Shown: one piece after another, positions 53,665 to 64,000 of the stretch | How positions within the stretch are numbered: the stretch's first letter is position 1 | Layout of the letters: every line of letters starts with the position of its first letter | Source: Lingula anatina | Taxonomy: Eukaryota > Animalia > Brachiopoda | Assembly (NCBI GenBank): GCA_051362555.1 | Contig: CM120640.1 | Span: 7,998,001-8,062,000 of the forward strand | DNA length: 64,000 bases | Direction of reading: 5' to 3' | Translations under genes and position numbers: made by a program | Notes under the pieces: generated by a model | Told to the model about the DNA's origin: nothing | The model's input: only the letters and a program-made list of their open reading frames with translations | Databases searched by the model: none

Positions 53665-53964
53665 CCTAGTATACCAGATAGCATCACAGGGTTCTCATTA
53701 CTAGGCAAACAGGTAAACACCTGGGAAGTACACCCAGAACCTAGTGTACCAGATACCACCACAGGGTTCTCACTACTAGGCAAACAGGTAAACACCTGGG
53801 AAGTACACCCAGAACCTAGTGTACCAGATACCACCACAGGGTTCTCACTACTAGGCAAACAGGTAAACACCTGGGAAGTACACCCAGAACCTAGTGTACC
53901 AGATACCACCACAGGGTTCTCACTACTATGCAAGCAGGTAAACACCTGGGAAGTACACCCAGAA
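53665..53964. repeat. 75-bp tandem repeat, 4 copies
   Basis: Unit CCTAGTGTACCAGATACCACCACAGGGTTCTCACTACTAGGCAAACAGGTAAACACCTGGGAAGTACACCCAGAA at 53665, 53740, 53815 and 53890. Confidence 0.95.
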
Positions 53965-54659
53965 CAAAGAGCATAACAACTCAAAAATACATATAACCTA
54001 GTCGACCAGAAACCCATTATAATACTTCACCTGGTAATGCAGACATCGAGACAATCGGGAGATGGGAGATGGAAATAAATAGATTACGGCATGTCAATGA
54101 CAGCTCGGAAAATCGGAAATATGAAAACTGCGAAACACCTGGCCCGGTAGGAATATCAATATTAATATAATAGCTGTACACAAAAGAAGAAAAAAATCAA
54201 GAATACCACGATGAAGTGACACCTTAACAAAATAGTTAACAACTGCAGTTGCAACACACAATAAATTATAAATTTGTTGATAAGAACACATGTATAAGGG
54301 AAAAAATGAAGACAATATAGAAATACTAGCCTGTGTGTGATCCAAGAACTTGAAGTCACCCAATAAAAGGAAACGAAACTTGAATAACAAAACTGGTGAT
54401 GAAAACTGAATATATCAGAAGAAAATAAAGTCACCAAGTAACAAGAAAAATGGCCGTCCCCAAATCTTGAAGCCACAAAAGTTTGATGGCTGGTAACCAA
54501 TGTACAAATAAAAATAAAGAAACGTAAGTAATAATACAGGGTAGCTGCTAAAACTGCGGGTAAATATCTCCGCAGCTAAAAGGCTGAATGACTTCTCACT
54601 AATGAAGCTCGATAGAAATAGTTCCCAAAAATATCTTTCATAAATTGTGCTAAAAAAAC

Positions 54660-55109
54660 TATATTTGAAACTTTTAAACCATCTTAAGCTACTCGTTTTT
54701 ATTTGTGACTGGATTTTAGACTTTCTTTTAGATAGAAAACAATCTGTTAAAGTCGGCTCTTTTATCTAAAAAACAATAGCTTTAAATACCGGTGCACCAC
54801 AGGGATGCGTCCTTTCACCTTGTCTTTACTCCCTTTTAACCTATGATTGTACTAGTGTAAGCGACGGGACTTTTCTTTTGAAATTTGCGGATGATACTAC
54901 GCTTGTGGGGCTAGTTACTGATAATGAGGAGAGTACATACAGAGAATCTGTTGAGTCGGTGGTGAGGTGGTGCGAGAGTAATGATCTTATTTTGAATGTA
55001 GCTAAAACCAAATAAATGATAGTGGAATCAGAACGTAAAGGCACCACTTACCATTGGTAATGTTGAAGTTAGTAGGGTAGAAGAATTTAAACTACTTGGT
55101 ATGCACCTG
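54660..55109 (+). mobile_element. Rex1/Babar-type LINE reverse transcriptase remnant, 5' part
   Basis: WILDFLLDRKQSVKVG..LNTGAPQGCVLSPCLYSLLTYDC...LKFADDTTLVGLV..NEESTYRESV...WCESNDLILNVAKTK*MIV with in-frame stops, then FKLLGMHL at the insertion point. Confidence 0.9.
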
Positions 55110-55581
55110 GGCCGGTTGCACCAACCGGTAGTAAGTGAGGCGTAGCAGTTGCGCCGGTGTGAACGGAATGGTAGTCCTAGTAACGCAAGTCCGACCGGAC
55201 ACTAAGTCCTGGGAACGCAAGTCCTAGGTCTAGCGTTGCTAGGAATGGAGGTCCTAGGACATACTTTACTAGGATTTAACGTCCGTAGGACAACAGTTAC
55301 CAAGGAATGCATGTCCCACCGCCAGGAATCTAAGTCCGGATGGGACCTGTTATCCTGATTAACACTAGGAATATAAGTCCGCTCCCATTCTTCTCTCGCA
55401 CTTAAAGTGAGTGAGTGATAGATAGATAGATGGATAAATAATATAATATAATATAATATAATATAATATAATATTAAAATTACTTTTAAAAATTTTCACC
55501 TAAACAAATACAATGGAATAAAAAAGGTATATGAAGAATAACACTTGTTACATTTTCATATATTTATTTCAGTTATTTTAT

Positions 55582-56919
55582 TTATTCATCTGCAACATAA
55601 ACTTTCAAATTTGCCCTGTTTACGGCGCCTTTCAGTATGCACCCGCCTTCAATCTGGAGGATGTAAGCTCCAGATTTGGATGTCCCTTCACAACGTAGGG
55701 CCCCAGCCAGGGGTTTTCTTGTTTGCCCCCCTTTCTGTCACTCCTTCGTAAATTTCTTTTCAACACTTTTATTCCCACGGTAAGTACCTGTAAAATTAAT
55801 TTAGATACCATAAGTTGTCTTGATTACCATCCTCCACGCCTCAGGCTTGTTCACGGGAATAGGGTTAAGCAGTGGAGAGCCGTAGTTGCTTTTTTTGTTG
55901 ACACGCTGACATTTGTCTTCATTTTAAAATTAATTTTATAATGTCCTCTACCATGTTTGGCCAATAATATATCTGTTCAACCTTGGCCAGTGTCTTATCT
56001 CGTCCTAGGTGACCACCTTAAATTTAAAAACAAGGAAATTAATGCATCGCATTTTATAGACACTTCACGTTTTTAATGTCTAGAATTACGTCACACAATT
56101 AAATAAAGCAACGTATGTATACGCGGTATTGTGAATACGGAATTCTTTTAATACATACTTACCAAGCGGTGATTTATGCAGTGTATCCAAAATTTTTTTC
56201 ACATCTTCCCTGTTTCTTACAACTTTTCGCCATACTCCACCAACATCATTATCATTATTATCATTATGCCCTTCATCTGCTACGTCCCTCACTTTCCTCT
56301 TGCTAACTCTGTAATAGAGCTTGCCTTGTTCAATCTGCATATATGTGTACTCATGATGTTAAAGGAATTATTGACCTAGACTACTGTTATTTTGTTCGAG
56401 TTTAAAACTGAGAAAAGGAATCGTAAGCAGCTGTCCCAGGACCTAAAATCCCAGAAATGGTAGTCCCCTGGACCTAAAATCCCAGAAATGGTAGTCCCCG
56501 GACCTAAAATCCTAGAAATGGTAGTCCCCCGGACCTAAAATCCTAGAAATGGTAGTCCCCCGGACCTAAAATCCTAGAAATGGTAGTCCCCCGGACCTAA
56601 AATCCCAGAAATGGTAGTCCCCCGGGCATAAATACCCATGAAATAGTAACCCCCTGCAGGACATTTATACAGGGTACATAGGTCCATTGGACACACATCC
56701 CTGGAATTGTATATCTGCGTATAACGAAGTGTGACCTCTAATAATATTGCATATTTAACATCATTAAAATTGAAAGTTTACTTTATGATTAGACTTGCTT
56801 GTTCTCCGAATAACTCTTTTCTTTGTTGGTGTTGTCTCGATAGGATACGTGCCCTCCTGAAGATATTCGAAAATAACTTCAACTTCGGGCCTGGTCGGTA
56901 TGCTGCTTGTCCCTTCCAT
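55582..56919 (-). pseudogene. Ginger integrase remnant: 4 exons with H2C2 zinc finger and GPY module, DDE core missing
   Basis: Exons 56919-56782 (MEGTSS..IFEYLQEGTYP..KKRVIRR), 56334-56163 (IEQGKLYY...ILDTLHKSPLG), 56016-55828 ([14 protein letters not shown]..[stop/frameshift]DKCQR..LNPIPV..AWRM), 55787-55582 (VGIKVLKRNLRRSDRKGGKQENPWLGPYVV[frameshift]..VNRANLKVY). Confidence 0.85.
56439..56655. repeat. 30-31-bp minisatellite (6 copies plus 1 degenerate) in Ginger intron 1
   Basis: GGACCTAAAATCCYAGAAATGGTAGTCCCC(C) at 56439, 56470, 56500, 56531, 56562 and 56593. Confidence 0.95.
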
Positions 56920-58215
56920 ATCAAACGTCTAGTGAGGGTGTGGTATTCATATATGAGCGGTATTTATAGTAGAACAAGGTAGCGTGTGACATCTGGCTAT
57001 GTCTGTAACCAATCAAAAAATTTGCTACGTGGCAAAAATGACGACTAGGATAAAACAAAAGAAAAAAACTCACACGAAAAGTAAACAATTTAATTTCTGT
57101 AAACGAAATTCGAACCACCATCCACTTACACAACTACTCTATACAGTATCCATTATACTGCACGGCCCTACCACTACACCAGGGAGACGAACTGGCAAAC
57201 CGCCGATTTTACGGAGCACTTATATGTGCTCACTAAAGCATAATATTACTGCCAATAGTCATTATCCACTAGTTGCTATTTTAAATGGTCGGACATAGTT
57301 ATAGGGCGGACCTCCATTCCGTTGACTAATGTAAACGTAATGCAGGTCCGCCAGGAATAGAAGTCCTATCCTTTATTATATCAGGAATGCAGGTCCCATT
57401 AGGACTATCATTCCTCAGGAACGGTGGTCCGTAGGACCACCGTTCCTAGGAACCGAGATCCGTAGGACCTCGGTTCCGGGCGGACCTGCATTCCGTTCAC
57501 ACCGGTGTAAACCGGGCGCAAAATTCTACGCCCGAGAAAAGCCAGTTGCACCATACTGGAATAGTGTTTACGTCGGTCTTAACTTAGTCGTAAATTTACG
57601 CCTGTCAGCTAGGTGGTGTAAGTCGGTCGTAGCTCGTTTTCCACTATGGCTAGGCTGTCACAGAGAGAGTTTGATGACAATTTGGTTTTTAAAAAACTAT
57701 ATATAAATTGTCGACACTGTTATAAAATTATGAAAAGAAAGCAATGTTGGGGTTAAAGGTGCAATTTTTGCATTATTTTCAGACTCAAAAGTTTCAGTAA
57801 CAAATGTGAAGGTGTTCAAATCCATTAACAGGAATACGTACTGCCTCCATCGCGTTTTTTCTCATTTACAACAGCATACTATAATAGCATACTATAATAA
57901 TATTTTGATTCGGAATATATTTACTATTTTATTGCTATATATCCAAGGCCACAGCAATGTTAACATATTTTAACGTTCTTATTTCTAAATGAAAATGGAA
58001 TAATGTAGCTTATGAATTTCTCCGTCACTGAAATGTTCCTTTTGTGTTTATTTATGTCATCATTTCATTATGACTGCAGCTGAGAACTCCTCATTTGCCC
58101 AATTATACCATCCACGTATTGTTGGCCAGTGACGCAACAGGGCGTTACTCGAGCGTAGTTAAGACGATCAGTTTTTGTCTTGGTGCAACGGGCGTAAGCA
58201 GGGAGAGTAAACCTG

Positions 58216-58494
58216 CCCAGCGGACAAATTGTGTTGTTTTAACGTTGAAACAACGTTAAACCATAACGTTGAGAAGACATTGGATAAACGTTGGATTTGA
58301 AAGTTGTGTCAACCTCGGATAACAACGTTGTATCAACGTCAGAAAACAATGTTATATCAACCCCACCCAGCGGCAAATTAGCCTGGATGTGTTTAGCAGT
58401 AGGACATGTTTGATGGCTATATATATGTAGGGTATAAATGTATGGCCTTTAAGTTAAAGTTTCCAAGGTTTAGATTAAAATATAAAGTTCTTTT

Positions 58495-58549
<55 letters not shown>

Positions 58550-59029
58550 TTGTAGTTATCTTCTTATATATACAACAAAGTCACAGTCACCTCAACCTAT
58601 CTATAACAGGTTACCAAGAACTGTTAACTCCATCACATTTACAGCAACTTATTCATCCTAGTGTTAGCTGACCTTGCAAGGAATTCAGTTTATTGGAATG
58701 TATTTCTGAATAACAAGTTAAGAAAATTCACTAGTTAACTAAAGACACAAAACAACTGTCACTTTTACTTTAAACCCCTTTTGTTATTATTTTGATAAAT
58801 TTAGTTACAGTATTGATAAACAAAGCATCACGTTTTCAATAATTAATATTTTAAATTACAATCCATAACTGCAAGGTTGTGTCATTGACCAAAATACAAC
58901 GTTGAGTCAACGTCACATTATGACGGTGTTTCGACGTGGCTGGATCAACGTTGATTTTACTTTGAATTTAGGTAGATCAACGTATCAACCTGTTTTCAAC
59001 GTTGATCCAACGCAACTATGCCTGCTGGG
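58216..59029 (+). mobile_element. EnSpm/CMC-like non-autonomous element, 814 bp
   Basis: Termini CCCAGCGG / CCTGCTGGG; 2-bp TSD TG, confirmed by the empty site AACCTGGCGCAC in the 36934 copy; subterminal AACGTT repeats; internal (TA)n. Confidence 0.8.
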
Positions 59030-59110
59030 TGGCGCACGGACGCAAGGCGTTGCGGTTTACGACAGTCGTAGCCGAGTAAATTTATGCCCTGTTGGTGCAA
59101 CCGGGCCCTG

Positions 59111-59660
59111 AAGAGTAAATTGAATTGGAAAGATAACACCGCGAAGAGTGTAAAGAATTAAGGCACGGCAAAGAATGCATTTTTTAAGATCATCGAAAAC
59201 TTTTACTGATAGCGTGCCTATTTTAGTCAATTTTTACAGGTGTGTAATTGAAAGCATCCTGGCTTACGGAATTATAATATGGTATAGTGGAACAACTGGG
59301 AAGGAAAGAAATAAACTAACCAACGTTGTAAAAGCTGCAAGCAAGATTATCGGGCAGGATCTATCCAAGCTGGATGATATTTTTAAAGAGAGAATGGGAA
59401 AAAGAACCGTCAACACCATGGAAGACTTCTCATCCTGCATCATCACTTTTTCGTAAAAAATCATCACTTTTTACGTTTTTACCAAGCAATAGTAGACTTT
59501 TAACTTTTTAAGGCAGTAAACGCTTAATTGGATCTCAAAACCAAATTCTTAATTTATCTACTGTATTACTTTTGCTATGTAAATTACCAAACTTGCTCCA
59601 AATGGAAAATGATTTCCGATTTTTATAATTGGCTAAATAAAGTCTTATCTTATCTTAAAA
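59111..59660 (+). mobile_element. Rex1/Babar-type LINE remnant, 3' part and tail
   Basis: KLNWKDNT..ARQRMHFLR..ILVNFYRCVIESILAYGIIIWY..ERNKLTNVVKAASKIIG; ends AATAAAG(TCTTA)3. Confidence 0.88.
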
Positions 59661-60738
59661 ATAAATGATTGTGCCTAGATACACAGCAGCTAAGACATTT
59701 TATAACCCTGGACATCTGTTATCACCTTGTCTTGGTCAACTGCTTAAGGTCAAAATGTGTAGACACAAGATCCAAACTAAGACAATTTCCTATAAACAAA
59801 ATGTTGATGTATTATTAACAAAGATATTACCATCACTAAAAACAAACCATTTCCTACATAAATACAATCGATTATCTTAATTGTAGTTTTTAGTCCAAAT
59901 TATCCCACCTCTCTCCGAATATCTCTTGACGTCTTATGCATTAATAATGATATTATATTTTATTTAGGGTCTAAATCCATTAAACATTTTCAGTAAACTT
60001 TGCATAAAAACAAGTACCTGAGAAAAAAATTACCAAAATATATAGAATTTTTTAAAATGATAACTTTTTAAAAAGATTAAGATTCTAGATAAAAACAGCT
60101 TACAACTGTACATTAAACCAATTACACTTATGATAATCATTTCAAACAGTCTAATTCTCATATGCTATTACCAACCTAAGCCTAAACTGAAAAAATAAGA
60201 GTGTCGGGCTATGCGAGATCTTTGAGCTAACAAACTTGACGATTTATAAGGATCGATTCATCTAAACAGATGTGGTTTAATATGTGGAGACTGAGGCAGT
60301 GTTGATTTTCCATACAGAAAATTCAAATAGGTTTGAATCCAATTATGTTCAATTATGTTGATGGCGTGTTGACCTAGAACAAATCACTAATTTTGTGTGT
60401 TTTGGTTGTATAAATTTGATTATCTTAACAGTCGGGACTGGAAGATTCCTTAAGTACTGATTCGGCCTTAAGAAAAATAACGTTAACCGCAGAATAATAA
60501 AACTTTTTCATTTTTTATAGATAAGGGGTGTTCTACAATCCAATTTATTTGAAACATTATTCACAGAAGCGGAGATATTTGCATAAAAGCTTACGTCAAA
60601 CAAAGAAAGCTAATTAATCTTTACTAATAATCGGAAACAAGTATATTACCTGAAAAAGAAGTTGGCGTCGAGGTAGTAATTTTCATCGAAATTGTCGTAC
60701 TAGATGTGGTGGAGGGCGTGGTCGTAGTTTTAAGAGTT

Positions 60739-62803
60739 CCCAGCGGGAAAATCATGTTGTTTCAACGTTAAAACAATGTTGAACTATAACGTTGACAAGA
60801 CGTTGGATTAACATTGGATTGGAAAGTTGGATCAACGTCAAATAACAACGTTGTATCAACGTCAGATAACAACATTGTATCAACCCCAGTTGTTAGACAA
60901 AATTCTTGTATGAAAAGACATTAAAATGACCTGAAATGTTTTTTATTTTTGGTACAAAACACATGTACACAATTATAACTTACACTGTGAAAACATATAA
61001 GTGCCTGCTTTGTCTCATTTTTCAACGCATTTAGCTCCTAAGCATGTTTTGCATGTTACACGCTTTTAGCCTGGATGTGTTTAGCAGTAGGACGCTCTTT
61101 ATGGCTAAATATATGTAGGGTGTATATGTATGGCCTTTAAGTTAGGGTTTCCAAGGTTTTTATATATATTTATAAGAAAGTCACGGTCACCTCAACCTGT
61201 CTGTCTATGACAGGGTACCGTGAACTGTCAACATCGTTAACTTCACTCCCTCACATTTACAGCGACTTAGTCATCCTAGTGTTAGCTGACCTTGCAAGGG
61301 AGTTTATTGGAATGTATTTCTGAATAACAAGATAAGAAAATTCACTAGTTCACTAAAGACACAAAACAACTGTCCATGGCCAGAAATGCGCAGCATTCAC
61401 ACGATACGCGAGGGCTCTACAGTAGGGCTTCACGTGACTCAACTAGCCAATCACAGCACAACAATGGCATCGCACACAGACTCTGTGATAAGTGCTCAGC
61501 CCATTGTCAAGTAGTGTTAGTTCATGGTAACAAGTGTCTGACATGTGCAGAGAAGTTTATTGTAATATATATTGTTCTTATTGTTACATTATTAAATCTA
61601 ACTCTGTATCTAAGTAGTAACTATACTGCACCAAGTCAGGTACTGATGATGTGCAGAGGTCACATATTCCAGAATAAGCCATTACCACTAATTTATAACT
61701 TTAATTTTGTTTAATATGTTATTCATGAAAGAGTTCATGAAATATTATTTTAATTTGTTATATCGTGATCTTATTCTTTTTATATTCAAATAATTGAATA
61801 ATGTGGGTAAAATTGGTCTTCCACTTGTTATTTGCATTTTTCCTTTATAACAAAATTATTTTGGAACAGTTGCAGCATAAAAATTTAAAATAAATAGCAA
61901 TCTGAAAGAAGAATTTTGCATTATTATTGAATTATGATAGGAATTTTGGATTAGTTAAATACTGAGTAGTGATATTGTCAGTCAATTTATGTAGAATCTG
62001 ATAATATGATTGAAAATACTGATTGAATTCTTGGCCTTGCACTGGGCAGTTTCACATTTGTGCTAAGTGCTTTTTTTTGGACTCCATTGTACAGTGGTAA
62101 AAGTTCTTCAATTGCCATGAAGGTTTTTAATCAGACTCTGTATGGTGCTGCTATCTGCTGGTGCTATCGGCAACGAATTGTTTTGCCTTTGTTTCTGAGT
62201 GAATCTACCGTCTAAAATCACTATTTCTGAAAATATGTGCGTTTTGCTGAGGGTAGGCTTGGCAATACACGGCAAACTTCTTAGTACGTGTGTACAACAG
62301 AATTTTTTTTAATACCCTAGCGATATTTGGTCAGGAGTTGCTTGAAGCAAAGCACAGCGTTGCTGTCGATCGGCATCAGGCCGTTAGTTTGTCAATTATC
62401 ACGAACAACCCACGAATCGCGAACCCATTCATTTTCCTATGGCAATCTAGCAACTCATTAAAAGTGCACGCATGCGCAGTGGGCTAAGCGTGACGTCATG
62501 CAGTGCATTTCTGGGGATGCACCGTTTTTAATATTTTGATAAAGTTCGTTACAGTATTGATAAACATAGAATCACGTTTTCAATAATTAATATTATAAAG
62601 TACGATCCATGTCTTGTATTACGACGACCAAACAACAACGTTGAGTCAATGACCAATATACAACGTTGAGTCAACGTCAAATTATGACGGCGTTTTGATG
62701 TGACTGGATCAACATTGATTGACGTTGAAATTAGGTAGATCAACGGCGATTCAACGTCCCAACCTGTTTTCAACGTTGATCCAATGTCACTCTGCCTGCT
62801 GGG
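60739..62803 (+). mobile_element. EnSpm/CMC-like element (family of 58216-59029) inserted in a coding exon
   Basis: Termini CCCAGCGGG / CCTGCTGGG; TT TSD; arms and interior align with 58216-59029. Confidence 0.82.
61375..62519. mobile_element. Nested CAT...ATG element with imperfect 22-bp TIRs (superfamily uncertain, P-like termini)
   Basis: CATGGCCAGAAATGCGCAGCAT vs ATGCAGTGCATTTCTGGGGATG; segment absent from the 58216 copy; no clean TSD. Confidence 0.6.
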
Positions 62804-63637
62804 TTGTTGATGAGGTTGGATTAACAGGGCCTGCGCCATTACCTGAGGAAAAAACAACATGAAGATGAAATGCAAATAAACTGAACTCGACTAGCGAACT
62901 ACTAGTAATGTGTAATATCATTTTTAGCATATACACTTTTATTTTCCAAAAAATAAATGATCTAAGGATGACCAATTACATGTAATGCATTGACGTGTTC
63001 TGTTAAAATATCAATATGATTCAAACCGTTCTACTTGTGCAGCAGATAATAATTCTGAGTCATATTCGTATCTACTACTCTACATTTACCAATTTTAGTG
63101 TGTGTATATTTCAAAAGAAAGAAAACATACCACAGCCAGTGAATGTTACATCGTCGATGGATACGACTTTACCAAAAGCAAAACCAGGCTTTATTTGAGC
63201 TTGAATCAGAACCTGAATAATGAATTGAAGTATGTATAAAACTACTCGCATACAACAGTAGATATAGCCCGAGTGACTAGATTTCAAAGTTACATTAACT
63301 TCATCAGATACTTCGAAATCAAAATGTTTTGTGTCCTTTGAAAGTAAAGGATATCGAAAAAGGAAAAAAATGATGAACAATAAAAAGCTAGCCTGAAACG
63401 GATACGGCCGCTTTCACAAACCTGAAAGTACCCTAGGTTTGAGAGAGAAGTGATATCAATTGGCCCACTGTATGTCCAACCTTTTCCTTTTACTTGGTGG
63501 GCCCATATTTGTTTTGTCTGTTGCATTGACCCTGTTTTCAAGTGTGCGGTTAATGATATTTGGTCACTGTTCATGTAATAATAAAATCCTATGCTACATG
63601 GAACATTTGTCTGAGGAATACGTGGTGATGTTATAAT

Positions 63638-64000
63638 GACATGCCATAATGGCATATATCGCGAGAGGGTGAGAGTGTATTATTTGACATACATACCGAG
63701 AAAAAATACAGTCATTTCATCCTAAAACACCCCTAAAATCGAATAAAGTGACCCTATATCACGCTCTAGAGATGTTATACGAATAAACTCGTCCACGTGT
63801 TCTGGTCACCTCCCGCCAAATTCTTAGGTAATGTCTGACCAATTTGGCCAATTTTTGCTAAATACTTGTCGTGGACGTTCAACTGGCTTGAAAGGTATTT
63901 AATAAACAAGGAGCGTCGGACCGGACTATAATTTTTCACAAGTGCAAAGGAGAAAGAAATTTACTTTTTGGTGATATTTCTGACAACGATGCAGTTCCGG
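63638..64000 (-). mobile_element. Probable transposon end (Helentron-like 3' hairpin) interrupting the paralogue exon; runs off the window
   Basis: Homology to exon 47471-47194 stops abruptly after TTATAAT (63637) and is followed at once by the hairpin ATGCCA-taa-TGGCAT. Confidence 0.45.

Larger units (their letters stand above)
55158..57501 (-). mobile_element. Ginger1-type DNA transposon (Gypsy-like integrase with introns), non-autonomous, 2344 bp
   Basis: Termini TGTGAACGGAATG / CATTCCGTTCACA; CCGG TSD (55154-55157, 57502-57505); the empty site is visible in the 36934 copy of the host MITE. TG..CA ends with a CCGG TSD are the described Ginger1 signature. Confidence 0.88.
55110..59107 (+). 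mobile_element. PIF/Harbinger non-autonomous element (same family as 36934-37882) with two nested insertions
   Basis: TIRs GGCCGGTTGCACCA / TGGTGCAACCGGGCC, CTG TSD. Body pieces 55110-55157, 57502-58215 and 59030-59107 align with the 36934 copy. Confidence 0.9.
59891..63637 (-). pseudogene. Disrupted paralogue of the MAM gene (counterparts of exons 3-5 plus introns)
   Basis: Aligns with 45824-47408. The exon-3 counterpart (63637-63422) is cut at its 5' side by foreign sequence. The exon-4 counterpart (63212-63131) is intact. The exon-5 counterpart (62842-62804 plus 60736-60650) is split by a 2-kb insertion. No later exons found between 48.6 and 59.9 kb. Confidence 0.85.

Noticed and set aside
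56439-56623. 30-31-bp repeats resembling a CRISPR array
   Set aside because: Units are head-to-tail with no unique spacers, inside a eukaryotic transposon intron, with no cas genes.

Overview
AT-rich, intron-rich animal genomic DNA, most likely a lophotrochozoan such as a mollusc (inferred from gene and repeat content). There are two intact protein-coding genes, arranged tail to tail. (1) A 3-coding-exon rhabdomeric-type opsin on + (23985-26745). It keeps K296, E181 and NPxxY but has an unusual residue set in bovine numbering: Cys188, His113, Asn83 and EKH in place of (D/E)RY. (2) A 26-exon type-I membrane protein on - (48539-30927, about 1415 aa): signal peptide, six MAM domains each followed by a Thr/Ser-rich linker exon, one TM helix and a tyrosine-rich tail with an NxxY motif. 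Four of its MAM domains come from an internal ~4.8 kb tandem duplication whose exons are far more alike than its introns. A broken paralogue of this gene lies at 59891-63637, with transposons inserted into two exons. Most of the rest is transposon-derived: two Helentron-type non-autonomous elements carrying ~160-bp satellite units, a Harbinger transposase fossil and several Harbinger-type MITEs, CA...TG elements with 5-bp TSDs, a pogo-like MITE and a DIRS gag remnant. There is also a three-level nest in which a Rex1/Babar LINE holds a Harbinger MITE, which in turn holds an intron-containing Ginger1 element lacking its DDE core and an EnSpm-like MITE. All alignments and counts were made by eye; no database search was run.
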